From Flectonema sp. DT1601 (taxonomy: Eukaryota), in contig OZ025787.1 of assembly GCA_964019425.1 (NCBI GenBank), positions 1-64,000 of the forward strand: DNA of 64,000 nucleotides, given 5' to 3'. This document shows, piece by piece, positions 46,341-57,739 of this stretch. Numbering within the stretch: the stretch's first letter is position 1; every line of letters begins with the position of its first letter. The notes below the pieces were generated by a model, which was not told the DNA's origin, did not search any database, and saw only the letters and a program-made list of their open reading frames with translations. Position numbers and translations under genes: made by a program.

Positions 46341-48347
46341 TTAACACTTCAGTGCTTTGATTTGAAAGCAATTTTTCGCCCAACCGACTGCTGTTTTCGA
46401 ATTCCAACAATCCACTTCGTGTGGTAGATAAGCACAGTCGATACTCTTACCAATGACACGAATACCTTCAGAAACAGACCAGTACTTTAAGTCTTCATTA
46501 TTTATTGATTTAATAGTGTATCTATTATTTGATGATTTCCAAATAAGATCAGAACTGTTTATCCGACTCATCCTTCCGGCAATACGACACCAAGTTGATC
46601 GATGGTTTGGAGTCTCCGCATATAAATATTCTGGAACTAGTTGTCCTGCATCTTGTCCACTACTGCAGCTGTCTATATCACATGAAGAACCGAGTCGGTA
46701 GTCGGTTTCTGGTTCGTTCTCTACTTTTATTAAAGCAGAGATATATGACCTCACTAAATATTGTTTTGCTTTGAATACTAATCGAGCAGCTCCCCGACGA
46801 ACTGAGCTCTGTATTTCAATTATTTTACTCTGGACAAGGAGATTCCTTCTTCGGTACTCGCTTCTCTTAGCTCTCAGAGATGCCTTCAAAATCTGAAATA
46901 ATTTCTCATTTTTGGCGTATCCAACAGCTACGCGTGCCGAGTACCCTCTGCAAAGTCTCTGCAACTCACAAATCATGTGATTCTTAAACTGCACCGCCAC
47001 AGATATCTTTTCAGCTTCGGTTCGACTCCCTCTCAGTTTCGCAATTTCTTTCTTTGCTGCATAACATCTGTAATACCTTTGAATGGCCATCGCTTGTTTA
47101 GAGCGGGCGGTGGCCCTGCACTGCTCAAGAAGAACGTCACAGAAAGGTAGTTCAGGGAAACAGAGATGTTGTTTCTCAAGTGTTGCGAATGAAACTGCCT
47201 CGTCATACAACCGATACTGAGAGAGTCCAAATTGAATTATCCTTGTGGTAAGTACTTCAGGAAGATTGAAACATGGAAGGAATGTATTTTTGAAAAAAGA
47301 TAAAAACATTTCGAATAGAGAGATCCCTACAAACGATGCCTCCGATTGCAGAACAAGAGACTCGGCTACAAGACAGAACTGATTAAGATATAATTGAATT
47401 CCCGTATTGAGATCGCAGACTACAATTATTGGATGAGAGAAGACTTCCTCAAATTTAATAATTTCATATCTGGAGATATTCTCATTCTCAGATGTTTCGA
47501 TTAAAGAGTAACTAATTATACTCGAGTTGAACTCATCTCCGATATTACGACGTCTGATGTCTTCAGATAATAAACAAATACTAATCCCAATTACAGCTGA
47601 TTGGTGTTGTTCATCTTTTAATAATATTTTAAATACTTCATCTTCCTCTTTTGATATTATTTTATTGAAGTCATTCAACTGTTCAGACTGCTGATGACTT
47701 CTCAGATCTGATTCTTTCTGATTGCAGTAGTTGAGATTACAAAATGATTTTAAAAATATTTTATTTCTAAAACTCGACTCCTCTAATAGTAAGAATTCAT
47801 TACTTTCTTGATTAATAATAATTATAGTGGCGGGGGACACTTGAGTGTCGAAGACAATTGCACACCGGCGATGTTTAAATTTAACAACAGCTCGATGACG
47901 GTCAAGTTCTTGTTGTCGTACGATGAGTGTCCTTTCTGGGTTTTCAGACTGAAAGACACTAATAAGAGAACCAGGAAATCTTCTACCTAAATTCCCCCAG
48001 CCATTCTCACTGTCAGTAAGTAGTTCTATTGCTCCCTGCTGGTGTTCACGTAGCAGTTCCAGCAAAGTCGTACTTTTTAACTCGTTCAGAATTTCTCGTC
48101 GTTGGTATTTTTCATCTGACGTGACGTGAAGTCTGGATGACCGTTCGGAAGTTGCTATCAATCTCCTCTCTTCTTGTTTGTTGATATTTAAAACTGCTTC
48201 ATAATTCTTACGAAACACTTCTTCATCACTCAAATCCCAGGCTGGAGGAAGCCTTTTAACAAAACCGGTTGACTGTCGCTTCCCAACCGCATGATGGATG
48301 TGAGCCTGTCCGGGACGAAGACTTCCACGGAGAGCGACATATGGCAT
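46341..48347 (-). CDS. Hypothetical protein with IQ calmodulin-binding motifs
   Basis: IQRYYRCYAAKK, LQRLCRGYSAR, IQSSVRRGAAR; coiled-coil-like E/R-rich stretches. Confidence 0.7.
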   Translation of the reverse strand: MPYVALRGSLRPGQAHIHHAVGKRQSTGFVKRLPPAWDLSDEEVFRKNYEAVLNINKQEERRLIATSERSSRLHVTSDEKYQRREILNELKSTTLLELLREHQQGAIELLTDSENGWGNLGRRFPGSLISVFQSENPERTLIVRQQELDRHRAVVKFKHRRCAIVFDTQVSPATIIIINQESNEFLLLEESSFRNKIFLKSFCNLNYCNQKESDLRSHQQSEQLNDFNKIISKEEDEVFKILLKDEQHQSAVIGISICLLSEDIRRRNIGDEFNSSIISYSLIETSENENISRYEIIKFEEVFSHPIIVVCDLNTGIQLYLNQFCLVAESLVLQSEASFVGISLFEMFLSFFKNTFLPCFNLPEVLTTRIIQFGLSQYRLYDEAVSFATLEKQHLCFPELPFCDVLLEQCRATARSKQAMAIQRYYRCYAAKKEIAKLRGSRTEAEKISVAVQFKNHMICELQRLCRGYSARVAVGYAKNEKLFQILKASLRAKRSEYRRRNLLVQSKIIEIQSSVRRGAARLVFKAKQYLVRSYISALIKVENEPETDYRLGSSCDIDSCSSGQDAGQLVPEYLYAETPNHRSTWCRIAGRMSRINSSDLIWKSSNNRYTIKSINNEDLKYWSVSEGIRVIGKSIDCAYLPHEVDCWNSKTAVGWAKNCFQIKALKC

Positions 48348-48649
48348 CACCTGTACAAAGTAATTGAGACACACGAAACTAATGCCGTTTGTGGTGGGCT
48401 CCTAAAAACAAGACTTGACTTTCATTCATAATCATTTTCTATCTTATTCCTGTAGTATGAAAATATTTATTGAAGTACACTAAACTCCGACTATGAGTAC
48501 AAGACACATTCAATACAAAGGTGTGTGCGGTTTACCGAACTAATTGGTTACAGTGTGTTCTGAAAACTATCAGAAAACTAATTACGATCCGAGAGGTTGA
48601 GTAAGAACTAATTTTATTATTCAACAATGGGTTAGTAGCGTCAGTAGTA

Positions 48650-51600
48650 TCAGTGCGGCGATTTGGTTTCACAGATTTCACAAATAGCAGCGTCAGCTTC
48701 ATTCTCCGTATCACAGAAGTTACACACCCAGGCGACCCCCGGCTGGGGTGATGCAACTTCTTCGATCTTCAACTCCGCAGGTGGGAATTGTGATTTCCCG
48801 TCAGATACAGTCGGCTGAACTTCCTCCACAACTTCTGGAGCTTCAGGTGGCAGCTCAACAGGAGAAGGAATAGAAGTCTCCTTCGGAGAAACGGAAGGCT
48901 GCTGCTCTTTTGAAACCATAACAGAAGCAGCAACAGGAGGCTGTGGAGCAGGAACAGATGAAGGTTGGTTAATAACTTGTTGCTGGGGGCTGACTACAGC
49001 AGGTGGAGAAGGTTGTACTGGTTGAGGAATGACTACAGGAGTAGGAGAAGGAGATTGTTGTTGCGGAGTGTTGACAACAGGTGGAGAAGGCTGCTGCTGT
49101 TTTACTGCAGCAGTCGGGGGAAGAATCGGAGATCCGGCCTCAGATTCTCTCACTATTGAAAGTGGTGTTCTAACAGCACTTGGACTGGAGTTGAAATCTT
49201 CAATTTGTTGTGATGGCGAAGGGGTCGCAAGAGTCGATATTAAAACAGCTGCTGATAAAATAGAATCCACAGCTTGCAGACCAGCCCTGTGATGGTAAAG
49301 TGGTGACGGGTCTTCAGAACCCGCAGCACACCAAACGATAAATTCCTTTTGAGAGATGATCGGTTCTCCGTATCCGAGAAGGGATCTTTTAATTAAATTG
49401 TCCAACACTCGATTAGAAGAATCCGTTCCGTTTGCGGAAACTGGAGCGCAGAGAGTTCGAATAGGTCCACCTGTTCTAAGAGAGTCAGCAATATGATCTC
49501 TAGTGACTGGTTGAGGAAGACTACGATATTCTTCAATCCATTCTTCGACTATTGAATGCCCACTTTCATAAAGTTCTGTTGGAGCTGAAAAGTTTACTCC
49601 CTCGCCAGCAGCACATTTTGGACAGTCGACATTATCTGAGAGATCTGAAAAGTTATCGCAGTCTGCCTCATCAAGTCCCTCAAAGTGAGGAGAGCTTTGC
49701 GCCGTCCCGTCACGTCTTATAGGTGGCGACCCTTCACGACTTGGGGACCGTTCTCCTTCATACGGTACTGAGTTTGCTCGCTGTTTTGTTGTTTTAGTTA
49801 CAAGTCGTATATTATATTCCTGATAATTAATTTATTTATCAAACTATTGATGATGTCATTCACAATGAGATCACCATAGATAGTATTAATAGTTATCACA
49901 AACGAGTGGGTTTCAGGTATACAAAAGTACATACGAAGTTAATATCGGCAGCAACATCGAATCCGAATTGCTTTGTTTTTTTCATCCATTTTCGGAGGTC
50001 TCGAACAAGACCCGCCGCTTGGTTGTCGACCTCTGCAGCTTCGAGAAGCTTCGAAATATCAATAAGTCCCTTCGGAGGTGGAGGCACGTCGTTGTGATCT
50101 CTCGCTGGAGACATGGATTCGAATGTGAGGGGTTTGAAATCGTCGTCGCACACTTTTAACCATTCTCTGCGTAGTTTTCTCAACCAGATTACTGCAACTG
50201 CAGGGAACTGTTGGTGTGGTGCGTAGTGTGTGTGTTGGTCTCCTTATTTCAGAGAGAGTAGCCTGAAGTCGACAACTTTAAGAATAATAAAAACATACCT
50301 CAGCACACAATATCATGGACTTCTTACGAGGTATGACACTTCCCTCAACATCTGTCTTCAGGCCAATCTTAATTGCGGAATACTTGCAAGTACTGCTGTA
50401 ACGTTTAGCTACTGTTGGCATCTTCTCATTTGGTGCTTTGTAACCGTCACGATCAGGAAGCTCGTGGGAATCAACGAACGTAACATTTGAAAGTTTTAAT
50501 GTTCTGGCTTCAGCAGACGGGTTACTGCGGAATATTAATTCTCCGTCGACAGAGAGCTTCACCCAGAGTCGCTTCCAAGACTTCTGGACAGACGGAGTGA
50601 TGGTGCGCCAAAGCCATGTTCCTTGAACAAACGGGTCAGGGACACACGTCTGAGGAGTAAGCGAATGAGATTGACTAACACTTCGTGGTATGGATCTGCT
50701 GGTAGTTCTTCGCTGTTGTTTCTTTGCGGGTGTCTCAGATCGCTCGCAGATTTCTCTTTGCGGTGAACGCATCTCACGACCGTACCCGTAGTCAACTGCT
50801 GCGAATGTAGGAGGTGGAAGTTGGTGCGCCAGCTGCTTTTCCATTTTTTTTAGATTTTCGTAAACTTTTCCCAGCTCTCTATCTCGTGCTACAGCGGCAG
50901 CACTCGACCCTTCCCTGGCTTCAAGTGTCTGCAAGACAACAATCGACTCATCGTAAAGTCCAATCAAAGAATCCCTTGATCGTAAATGACAAGACTGCAA
51001 TTCTAATAAAAGAGCGACGTACAATGTCGAGTCCCACGCGTGTTGGAGTGCTGACCAGAAGGCCCAGTAGGGCTGCAAGATTGCAGTTCTCTGAGATGCC
51101 TCTTGGATCTCACAATCGAACATGTATTGTGAAAACAAACCAACTTTTAGATGGCTGTGGTCTACCCAGAGAAGATCAACATCCAAGTCGTAGTCCCGGA
51201 GTAGAGCAGTTCGAAGAGTTTCTTCCATTGAAATGAGTTCGTTAATTTCTCTCCAACTTTGTACTGTCTTAGCGCGTTCGTATGACTGATCATGAGTAAC
51301 TAAAAGGATCTCCCAATATCCTTCCTGTTCAATTGAAATTCCATCTCTGAAATCAGATTCTTCACTTTCAACGCAAACTCTCTCAGATGCGTTGACCTCA
51401 ACGTAGCTGTCACTTGCAATTTGAATTGCTTCCGCAGTTCTAAATACTTCTTGGAATATTAATTGCTCGCGAAGGTTTTCTTCCGCCTGTTCCAAAAGTA
51501 AGACGTCGCGTTCAAAACATTCAACCGATTCGAGAAGAGAAACTTCTGATTGATGTTGTTGAGCTATCAGTCCAATATGAGTGACGAGGAGGTCATCTAT

Positions 51601-54219
51601 GAAACTAACTTGTTCCTGCCACTGAACGTCTGATATCAATTCAAACTCTTGTTGCTCATCGAAGTGAAGAAGAGGAAGGCTTCTGTCATATTCCATGTCG
51701 ACTCGATACTTTTCTTCATCTTCTCGGAGTTGGATGATCGCTTGTCGGGTTTGCATTTCCTCCTCGTGGAGGTCTTCAACAATTCGATCAAATTGTGAGG
51801 ATAGACAAACCAGCTGTCCTTCTTTTTCTATTTTATAAATTTCACTCCGTTCTTCCAGCTCTTCAGTCGGTACAGAACATGCATCTTGTTCGTGGCTGGC
51901 AACAAACTCTTCGCGTTCTACACGCTGCTTCTTAAGCAGAGCTACAAGCTCGCGATGTTTCTTTCCGAAGGCGTCTTGCATTGCGAGTGCAGTCATTGCG
52001 AAGGATCGAATAGTGTTCGAGTGATTGTCAAATGCTGCTACACGAGCGTCCTCTACAAAAGTGTGAGCGAATGATCGGAGAAATACTTTCGTCTTACCAA
52101 TCTGAGCTTTCTCTTTTGATAGTTTTAAATTGTTAAGAATCTCCTGAGAGAGCTTTTCAGGATCTGAGTCTGGATCAACTCCTCGTGGGAGTAATATTTT
52201 AAACCTCTCAGCAAACAGAGCGTGGGATAGTCGTACAGGGTATCCCAGTTTACGAACTCTAACAGTTTCAAGAACACCAGATGATGCTAATTGAGCCATA
52301 GTAGTTATGGGATCGAATAGTCCTGGTTTCTTAACAGGGTGAGGTTTGATACATCTAATCCAAGCTGGTGTCGTAGACTCAATAACACTTAGAAGACTTC
52401 TTAATTGTTTCTTAAATATACTCGTGACGGTATCTAAACTACGAGTACCAGATTCCATAACTTCAGATATTAAAGGTTTTGATGATGACTTCAACAGGTT
52501 TAACAAACCATCTTGAACAGAGTCAAGATTCTTTTCACCAAAACCTTCAACAGCGTAGGTGACCTCAGCGGCATAGTGAGATATTCGAAAACAGTCTCTG
52601 TCCAGTTTAGTACGTCGGAAGATAGAATCCTTTGACTCACACTGTGAAGTAACTCTCTCTAAAAATGCGGCATCATCTTCAGGACGAGTTTTGCACTGAT
52701 CGTCTAAGTGAGCAAGTATTCCTGACTTCGTATCAGCGATAAGTGAAACTATTTCAGTATTGTCCTGGTACTCAACATGCTGAGTCTCAATACCTTCTGC
52801 CTGACACTCAGCAATGTCAGCAGTAAATATATGAGCGTTATAATGGTTTTGAAGCATCTCATTAGCGAGGTTAATACAAAGCTGCTCAAGTGAATTTATT
52901 TTGAAATGCTCAAAACCAAAAATGTCCAACAGACCGATAAAAGAAGCTTCCTCAGAGGTTGGTTTCATTGTGATATTGATCTTGTCAATCAGCCATTGGA
53001 AGAGGGATGCGTAGATTTCCTTGCAGATTGCATCACGGCATGACTGGGCTTTTAGAACCGAATGTTTTCTTGTGACGGTTTCATTACCAGCCTTGACTTT
53101 TACAGAAAGAAACTCCTGTTGAAGGGAATCAGAATCTATCCCCCAACACTCCGCTGCAAGTTTTAAATATTTTGTGGATTTCGATTTTACTTCCGTCGCA
53201 TCAGTCGCTTCGTCTTTACCAAACTCAATTCTCTGTAAGTGAAGAATACCAGCGACAATTCCCCAAACAGACTCTCGTTGGACTTCTGATATCCCAATTA
53301 CATTAAATGCGTTGTTCGTTTCTTCAAAACCTTCTTCGTCGTCGACGCCCTCGATAGTGATCGAGTCTCCGCAAACTTCATAACATTTTCCTTCATCAAG
53401 ATTGTATTTAGTCCTCGCTTTCTTTGTAGCTAACAATTGATAAAAAGAATGAAATAATCTCTCTTTTGGTGCTGTAGACACAACTCTACTTCTCTCCAAT
53501 AAGTAATTGATGGTGTGAGCTCCACAGACGACACCGTTTTCGTTGTAAACAACTTTTAGAAATTTACCAAATCGAGAACTGTTGTCATTTCTGACTGTTT
53601 TCGCATTTCCGAATGTTTCAAGAATAGGATTGCATGCTTCTATTTGTTGTTGTAACTTGACTCCTTGCTGACCTTCCTCGTTGTCGGATGAACCAGCTCT
53701 AATTGACGACAAGGCGCCCAGAAACTTTAGAAGTGATTTCACTGCTTCTGTCTTACCTGCTCCAGATTCTCCAGATACTAAAACAGTTTGATTCTTCTTA
53801 GTCAGCATCATATCTTCGTAAGCTGTTTTACCAATACACCAAATATGAGGAGGGTTTCTACCACCTGATGCGTAGTAAGGAATTCTATCAGAAGTATAAT
53901 TTGGTATCGTGAACTTCCAAGGATTAAGTGACAACACTACTGATCCTCCGATAAAAGTATAAATCTCATCATTTGAATGTCTCTTTCTAACAGATCTTAA
54001 GAGTGCTCCCTCATGTAACTCACCCATCTTTAATAAGTCTTCTGTGTCCTCATCAACACTATTCGGATCCATTATTACGTACACATCGTTGCTGTTGTTT
54101 TTTACTTTCCATTCTTTCTTCTTACTTTCAGCTACCACAATACTTCCCTTTTTATGTCCGAGTACCCAGGATTCATCAGAGCTTTTGTAGTAAACAAGCT
54201 CTCCGTCATTGAGTGACAT
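48650..54219 (-). CDS. Unconventional myosin (~1774 aa): motor, E-rich coiled coil, PH domain, Pro-rich linker, RanBP2-type Zn finger; introns 50208-50298 and 49781-49934
   Basis: GESGAGKT, NDNSSRFGKF, LLDIFGFE, WIRCIKPHP. PH motif GTWLW..SWKRLWVKL..W. C-terminal WVCNFCDTENEADAAICEIC. Both introns preserve frame. Confidence 0.9.
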
Positions 54220-55351
54220 CTGTCCTCTGTTTGGGGGAGTTGAATGTTTTGTTTATTTAAGAAACAATAAATATCTATTTTGAATCAGAGTTAACTAAAA
54301 TAAAACGTCAATAATGATTCGGGTGAACTATTGGTACTTATCTCTCTGTTGGGGATCGAAGAGAGTCCGCTTGTTTGGATCGTTTTTTTTTTTTTTAATT
54401 TTTCAAAAGTTTTGGTTAACTACACTTTCATTTAAATTTCTTATTTGAGCTCACTGCAGCCTTCGGTTACGTTTTCTGGAAAATGACATCTTAATGATAG
54501 CACCCCCTTCTGACATCATGAGTCAGGTTAGGAGATTGACGTTTTAGTGTCAACTTGTTCTCATCTTTGCTTCTGATTACTTGTAAGTTCTCCACCAGTC
54601 CCTTTTTATAAAGTTACTATTACAAGTAGTCAAATCAATTTAAAAATATCGTAAGGACATCAAAATAATCATGGTTTGGTTTCGGGCTAAAATCAATTTT
54701 TTTTTTTCTTCGGACCAGAGGTCAAGGGGGACACTGCGGTGTCGAAATCCTTTTTGTGTACATGATGATGAACACTACGTAACTCGATGCTACGACAGGC
54801 TTAATTTATCAACTACCTCATACATGGGGATGGGCATAAATATATTGTAAAAGTTCTTTATTGTCACACATTACCTCTGGTCTACCAGAGAAACATCATC
54901 ATCAGAATCCACACACACTACGTTGTTTATTTTATTGTTAAAAGAATCGATTCACTAGAAACATGTCGTCAACAGAACCATCAGAACGACTCCATTGAGT
55001 ACCACTAGTTAATAATCGTATAAAGGTTAATTAAAACACTTTTATTTCTTATATTTGACCGCAAGCACGTTAGGTCCGGACAACGATAAAGAAAGGAGGA
55101 AAAAATAAAAATAAAATAAAATAAAGAAAGGGGAAAAAATAAGCAAAAACTAACTGCGTACGAAATTAAAAGATTTTTTACGTTCGAAAAAAAAAGAGCC
55201 TTATAGGGGCTAAACAACGCGGGAAATAGAAAACAGGTAACGACATAGAATCAAAAAGGTTTTCACTGCACCAAATGATTCATTTCCACTAGCTTGGCTA
55301 TCTTTGAGATATCACTTTATCGTAAGTCTAATAACTGTTTATAAGATCTAA

Positions 55352-57493
55352 TTAGGCATTCAGTGATCGAGGTTGGTATGAACGTCTATCGACGCGATGA
55401 CTGCGAATTGAACTTCTAATCGGAACTCCAGCAGAACGAGAGCGGCTGCTCATTTTAAAACCTGACTTCGGATGATGAGCCGACAGGATGTGACGACGGT
55501 GTTGATTCTCTCGACGGGAATCCATCTCATCGTTGATATCTCCAACAAGTTCTTCGAGAACGTCTTCGAGAGTGAGAATTCCAAAAGTCGCGACGTTATT
55601 AATACGAAGTTTGTTAAAGTCACCACTCTGCCAACAGGCCATGTACAGTTCTGGGTTACTCGTTACTACTGCAAAATGTTTTTGAGACTTCTGAAACAAT
55701 TCCAACACTTTGTGTAACTTTGTGGCAGGACTAACAGCAATCATATGAGAAGGGCAGGCAATCTCACTCGCTATCGGACCTCCATTATCAGAATTCTCGA
55801 TACCAATTAATGATCTCAATAAGAGAAGTCCTGTAATCAATCCGCACTCAGCTATTTGAATTTGAATTGTGTCCTTCCCACGAATAGCATTCTGCCATCC
55901 CTCAAGTGAATGAACAGCAACACCATCAACATGTGTAACTCGAGAGTTGTTCCTGTGAAGAATACCTTCAGTTTGTTGTAAGACCTTCTCACTGAAGTCT
56001 TTAATGTACAGATGACTGTTTACCATTAATCCAAAGCCAACACCTTCATCTCTAGTTAGTGTTATTGTATTGACAGGGTGAATTGGTACTCTTGAGAACC
56101 CACATTCTGAAAGGTACTTTAATGTTTCCTTGTCGAGTACTTTGTTTGAAGGAACCATCGCAGTCTTTTGAATACTTTGGCATTCCTTACCAGCAGGTTT
56201 AGTGTCGAGGTCGAGTACGGCGTTAATCAATTCTACTTCGTGTCTTTCTAAACAAGAGAATCTGTTGTCAACAGTGTCTGGTTTGATTTCTGTTGCTGTC
56301 ATTGGGATCCACCTGCGGAGTAGAATTCCACCTTTTCCCTGTTTGTTGATAGCAGCTGTCAGTGTATTGGCTGCTTCCTGTGTCTTTATCATCAACCAAG
56401 TGGTGTCAGTTCCTTGACCACGACGTTCACTGCTACGAGGTTCTAATTCTACTTGCCAATCAGTGCGAGGGATGGCATTCAACTTTAGAAGCCAATCTTC
56501 AAAGTCTTTAGCTGTTGCTCGACTGCAAACTGCTTCCGCTGGAGTCCCTCCCTCGTCCATCTGCAGAAGTCGCTTTTGTTCCTCCTCCTCTTCCTCATTT
56601 ATTGGGATCTCAGTGTGAGCTTCAGCTTCACTTGGAGATGGGTCAGTTGGGGTTAAGAAGATCTTCGCTTTGAAATTAGAAACATTTGTTTTCTCCCCGT
56701 GCATTGCAATCAACGCTCTTAATTCTTCCTTTTTGTAAGGCTCCTCATCGTGTTTTAAGAGAGCGTCTAGAACCTTTGCAATCGGACAAGCGATTGGATA
56801 ACAAACAAATAAAATGACGTACATGACGGGGGCCATGGCTGCTGCCATTGGCATCTTAGCACTTGTAAATAAAGCAGACGGGATGATCTCTCCGAAGAAC
56901 AACACAATTGAAACAGAGAATATGATTGCCATCCAACTAGGAACTAACTTATCCAAAAAGAGTGGAAGAACTTCGTTCGCAGCGGAGTTTACTAATAAAA
57001 GTGTGACAAGTAGAAGATGATGAGACCACCACCAGCTGTGTTTGTCAGGACCATTTATTAAAGGTGATAGTTTTTTAGCGTACTTTGACAGCAGAAGAAG
57101 TTCCTCAGCTTCTTCATCAGTTGCTTCATCTTCATGTTGATTGTAGTACTCAGACGCTTTAATAATTACATCAAGACGGAGTCCATCAATAGATCCAATA
57201 GAGAGAGTGAGACCTGCTGCTAATGCAGCCATCACAACACATCCAATAACAATTGATAAAGACATATACCACTGAGCTGATCCAACCTTCGGTCTGTCAT
57301 CTCCACTTCCACTACCAGCATCTTCATACACGCTGCAACGCTCTTTTAAGACGTAAACCTTTCCGTTTACAGTTATTTCATCATCTGTTGTGTATGGATC
57401 TGATTGTGCTACTTCTCCTCCTACGATGCTAGTCGCTGATGCGAATGAACAGACAAACACAACTGATAACAATATCAGATGTATGCTATTCAT
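55352..57493 (-). CDS. CNNM/DUF21-CBS metal transporter family protein with insertions
   Basis: Signal peptide, AGLTLS, HLLLVTLLLVNSAANE.LP.FL, FGEIIPSA, GFSRVPI, GILTLEDVLEELVG.I.DE.D. Confidence 0.9.
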   Translation of the reverse strand: MNSIHLILLSVVFVCSFASATSIVGGEVAQSDPYTTDDEITVNGKVYVLKERCSVYEDAGSGSGDDRPKVGSAQWYMSLSIVIGCVVMAALAAGLTLSIGSIDGLRLDVIIKASEYYNQHEDEATDEEAEELLLLSKYAKKLSPLINGPDKHSWWWSHHLLLVTLLLVNSAANEVLPLFLDKLVPSWMAIIFSVSIVLFFGEIIPSALFTSAKMPMAAAMAPVMYVILFVCYPIACPIAKVLDALLKHDEEPYKKEELRALIAMHGEKTNVSNFKAKIFLTPTDPSPSEAEAHTEIPINEEEEEEQKRLLQMDEGGTPAEAVCSRATAKDFEDWLLKLNAIPRTDWQVELEPRSSERRGQGTDTTWLMIKTQEAANTLTAAINKQGKGGILLRRWIPMTATEIKPDTVDNRFSCLERHEVELINAVLDLDTKPAGKECQSIQKTAMVPSNKVLDKETLKYLSECGFSRVPIHPVNTITLTRDEGVGFGLMVNSHLYIKDFSEKVLQQTEGILHRNNSRVTHVDGVAVHSLEGWQNAIRGKDTIQIQIAECGLITGLLLLRSLIGIENSDNGGPIASEIACPSHMIAVSPATKLHKVLELFQKSQKHFAVVTSNPELYMACWQSGDFNKLRINNVATFGILTLEDVLEELVGDINDEMDSRRENQHRRHILSAHHPKSGFKMSSRSRSAGVPIRSSIRSHRVDRRSYQPRSLNA

Positions 57494-57739
57494 TTAATGT
57501 TTTAATTGTCGTATCTGTTTGAGGAAATGATATTTTATAATTAAATTGTTATTTTTAAACTCGTCTAAACCGGCAAAACTATGAATAAAAATCAGTATTA
57601 ATAAGAGACTAGAGAGGAGAACTTAACAAGACACTCACAAGGAGGTCTTCGTATTGAAAGTGTGTAATTAAAAAATCGAAAGAAGAGGAAACAGCGTTCC
57701 TCGATATAAAATACAAATGTCGAATAATAAGAAGATTCA

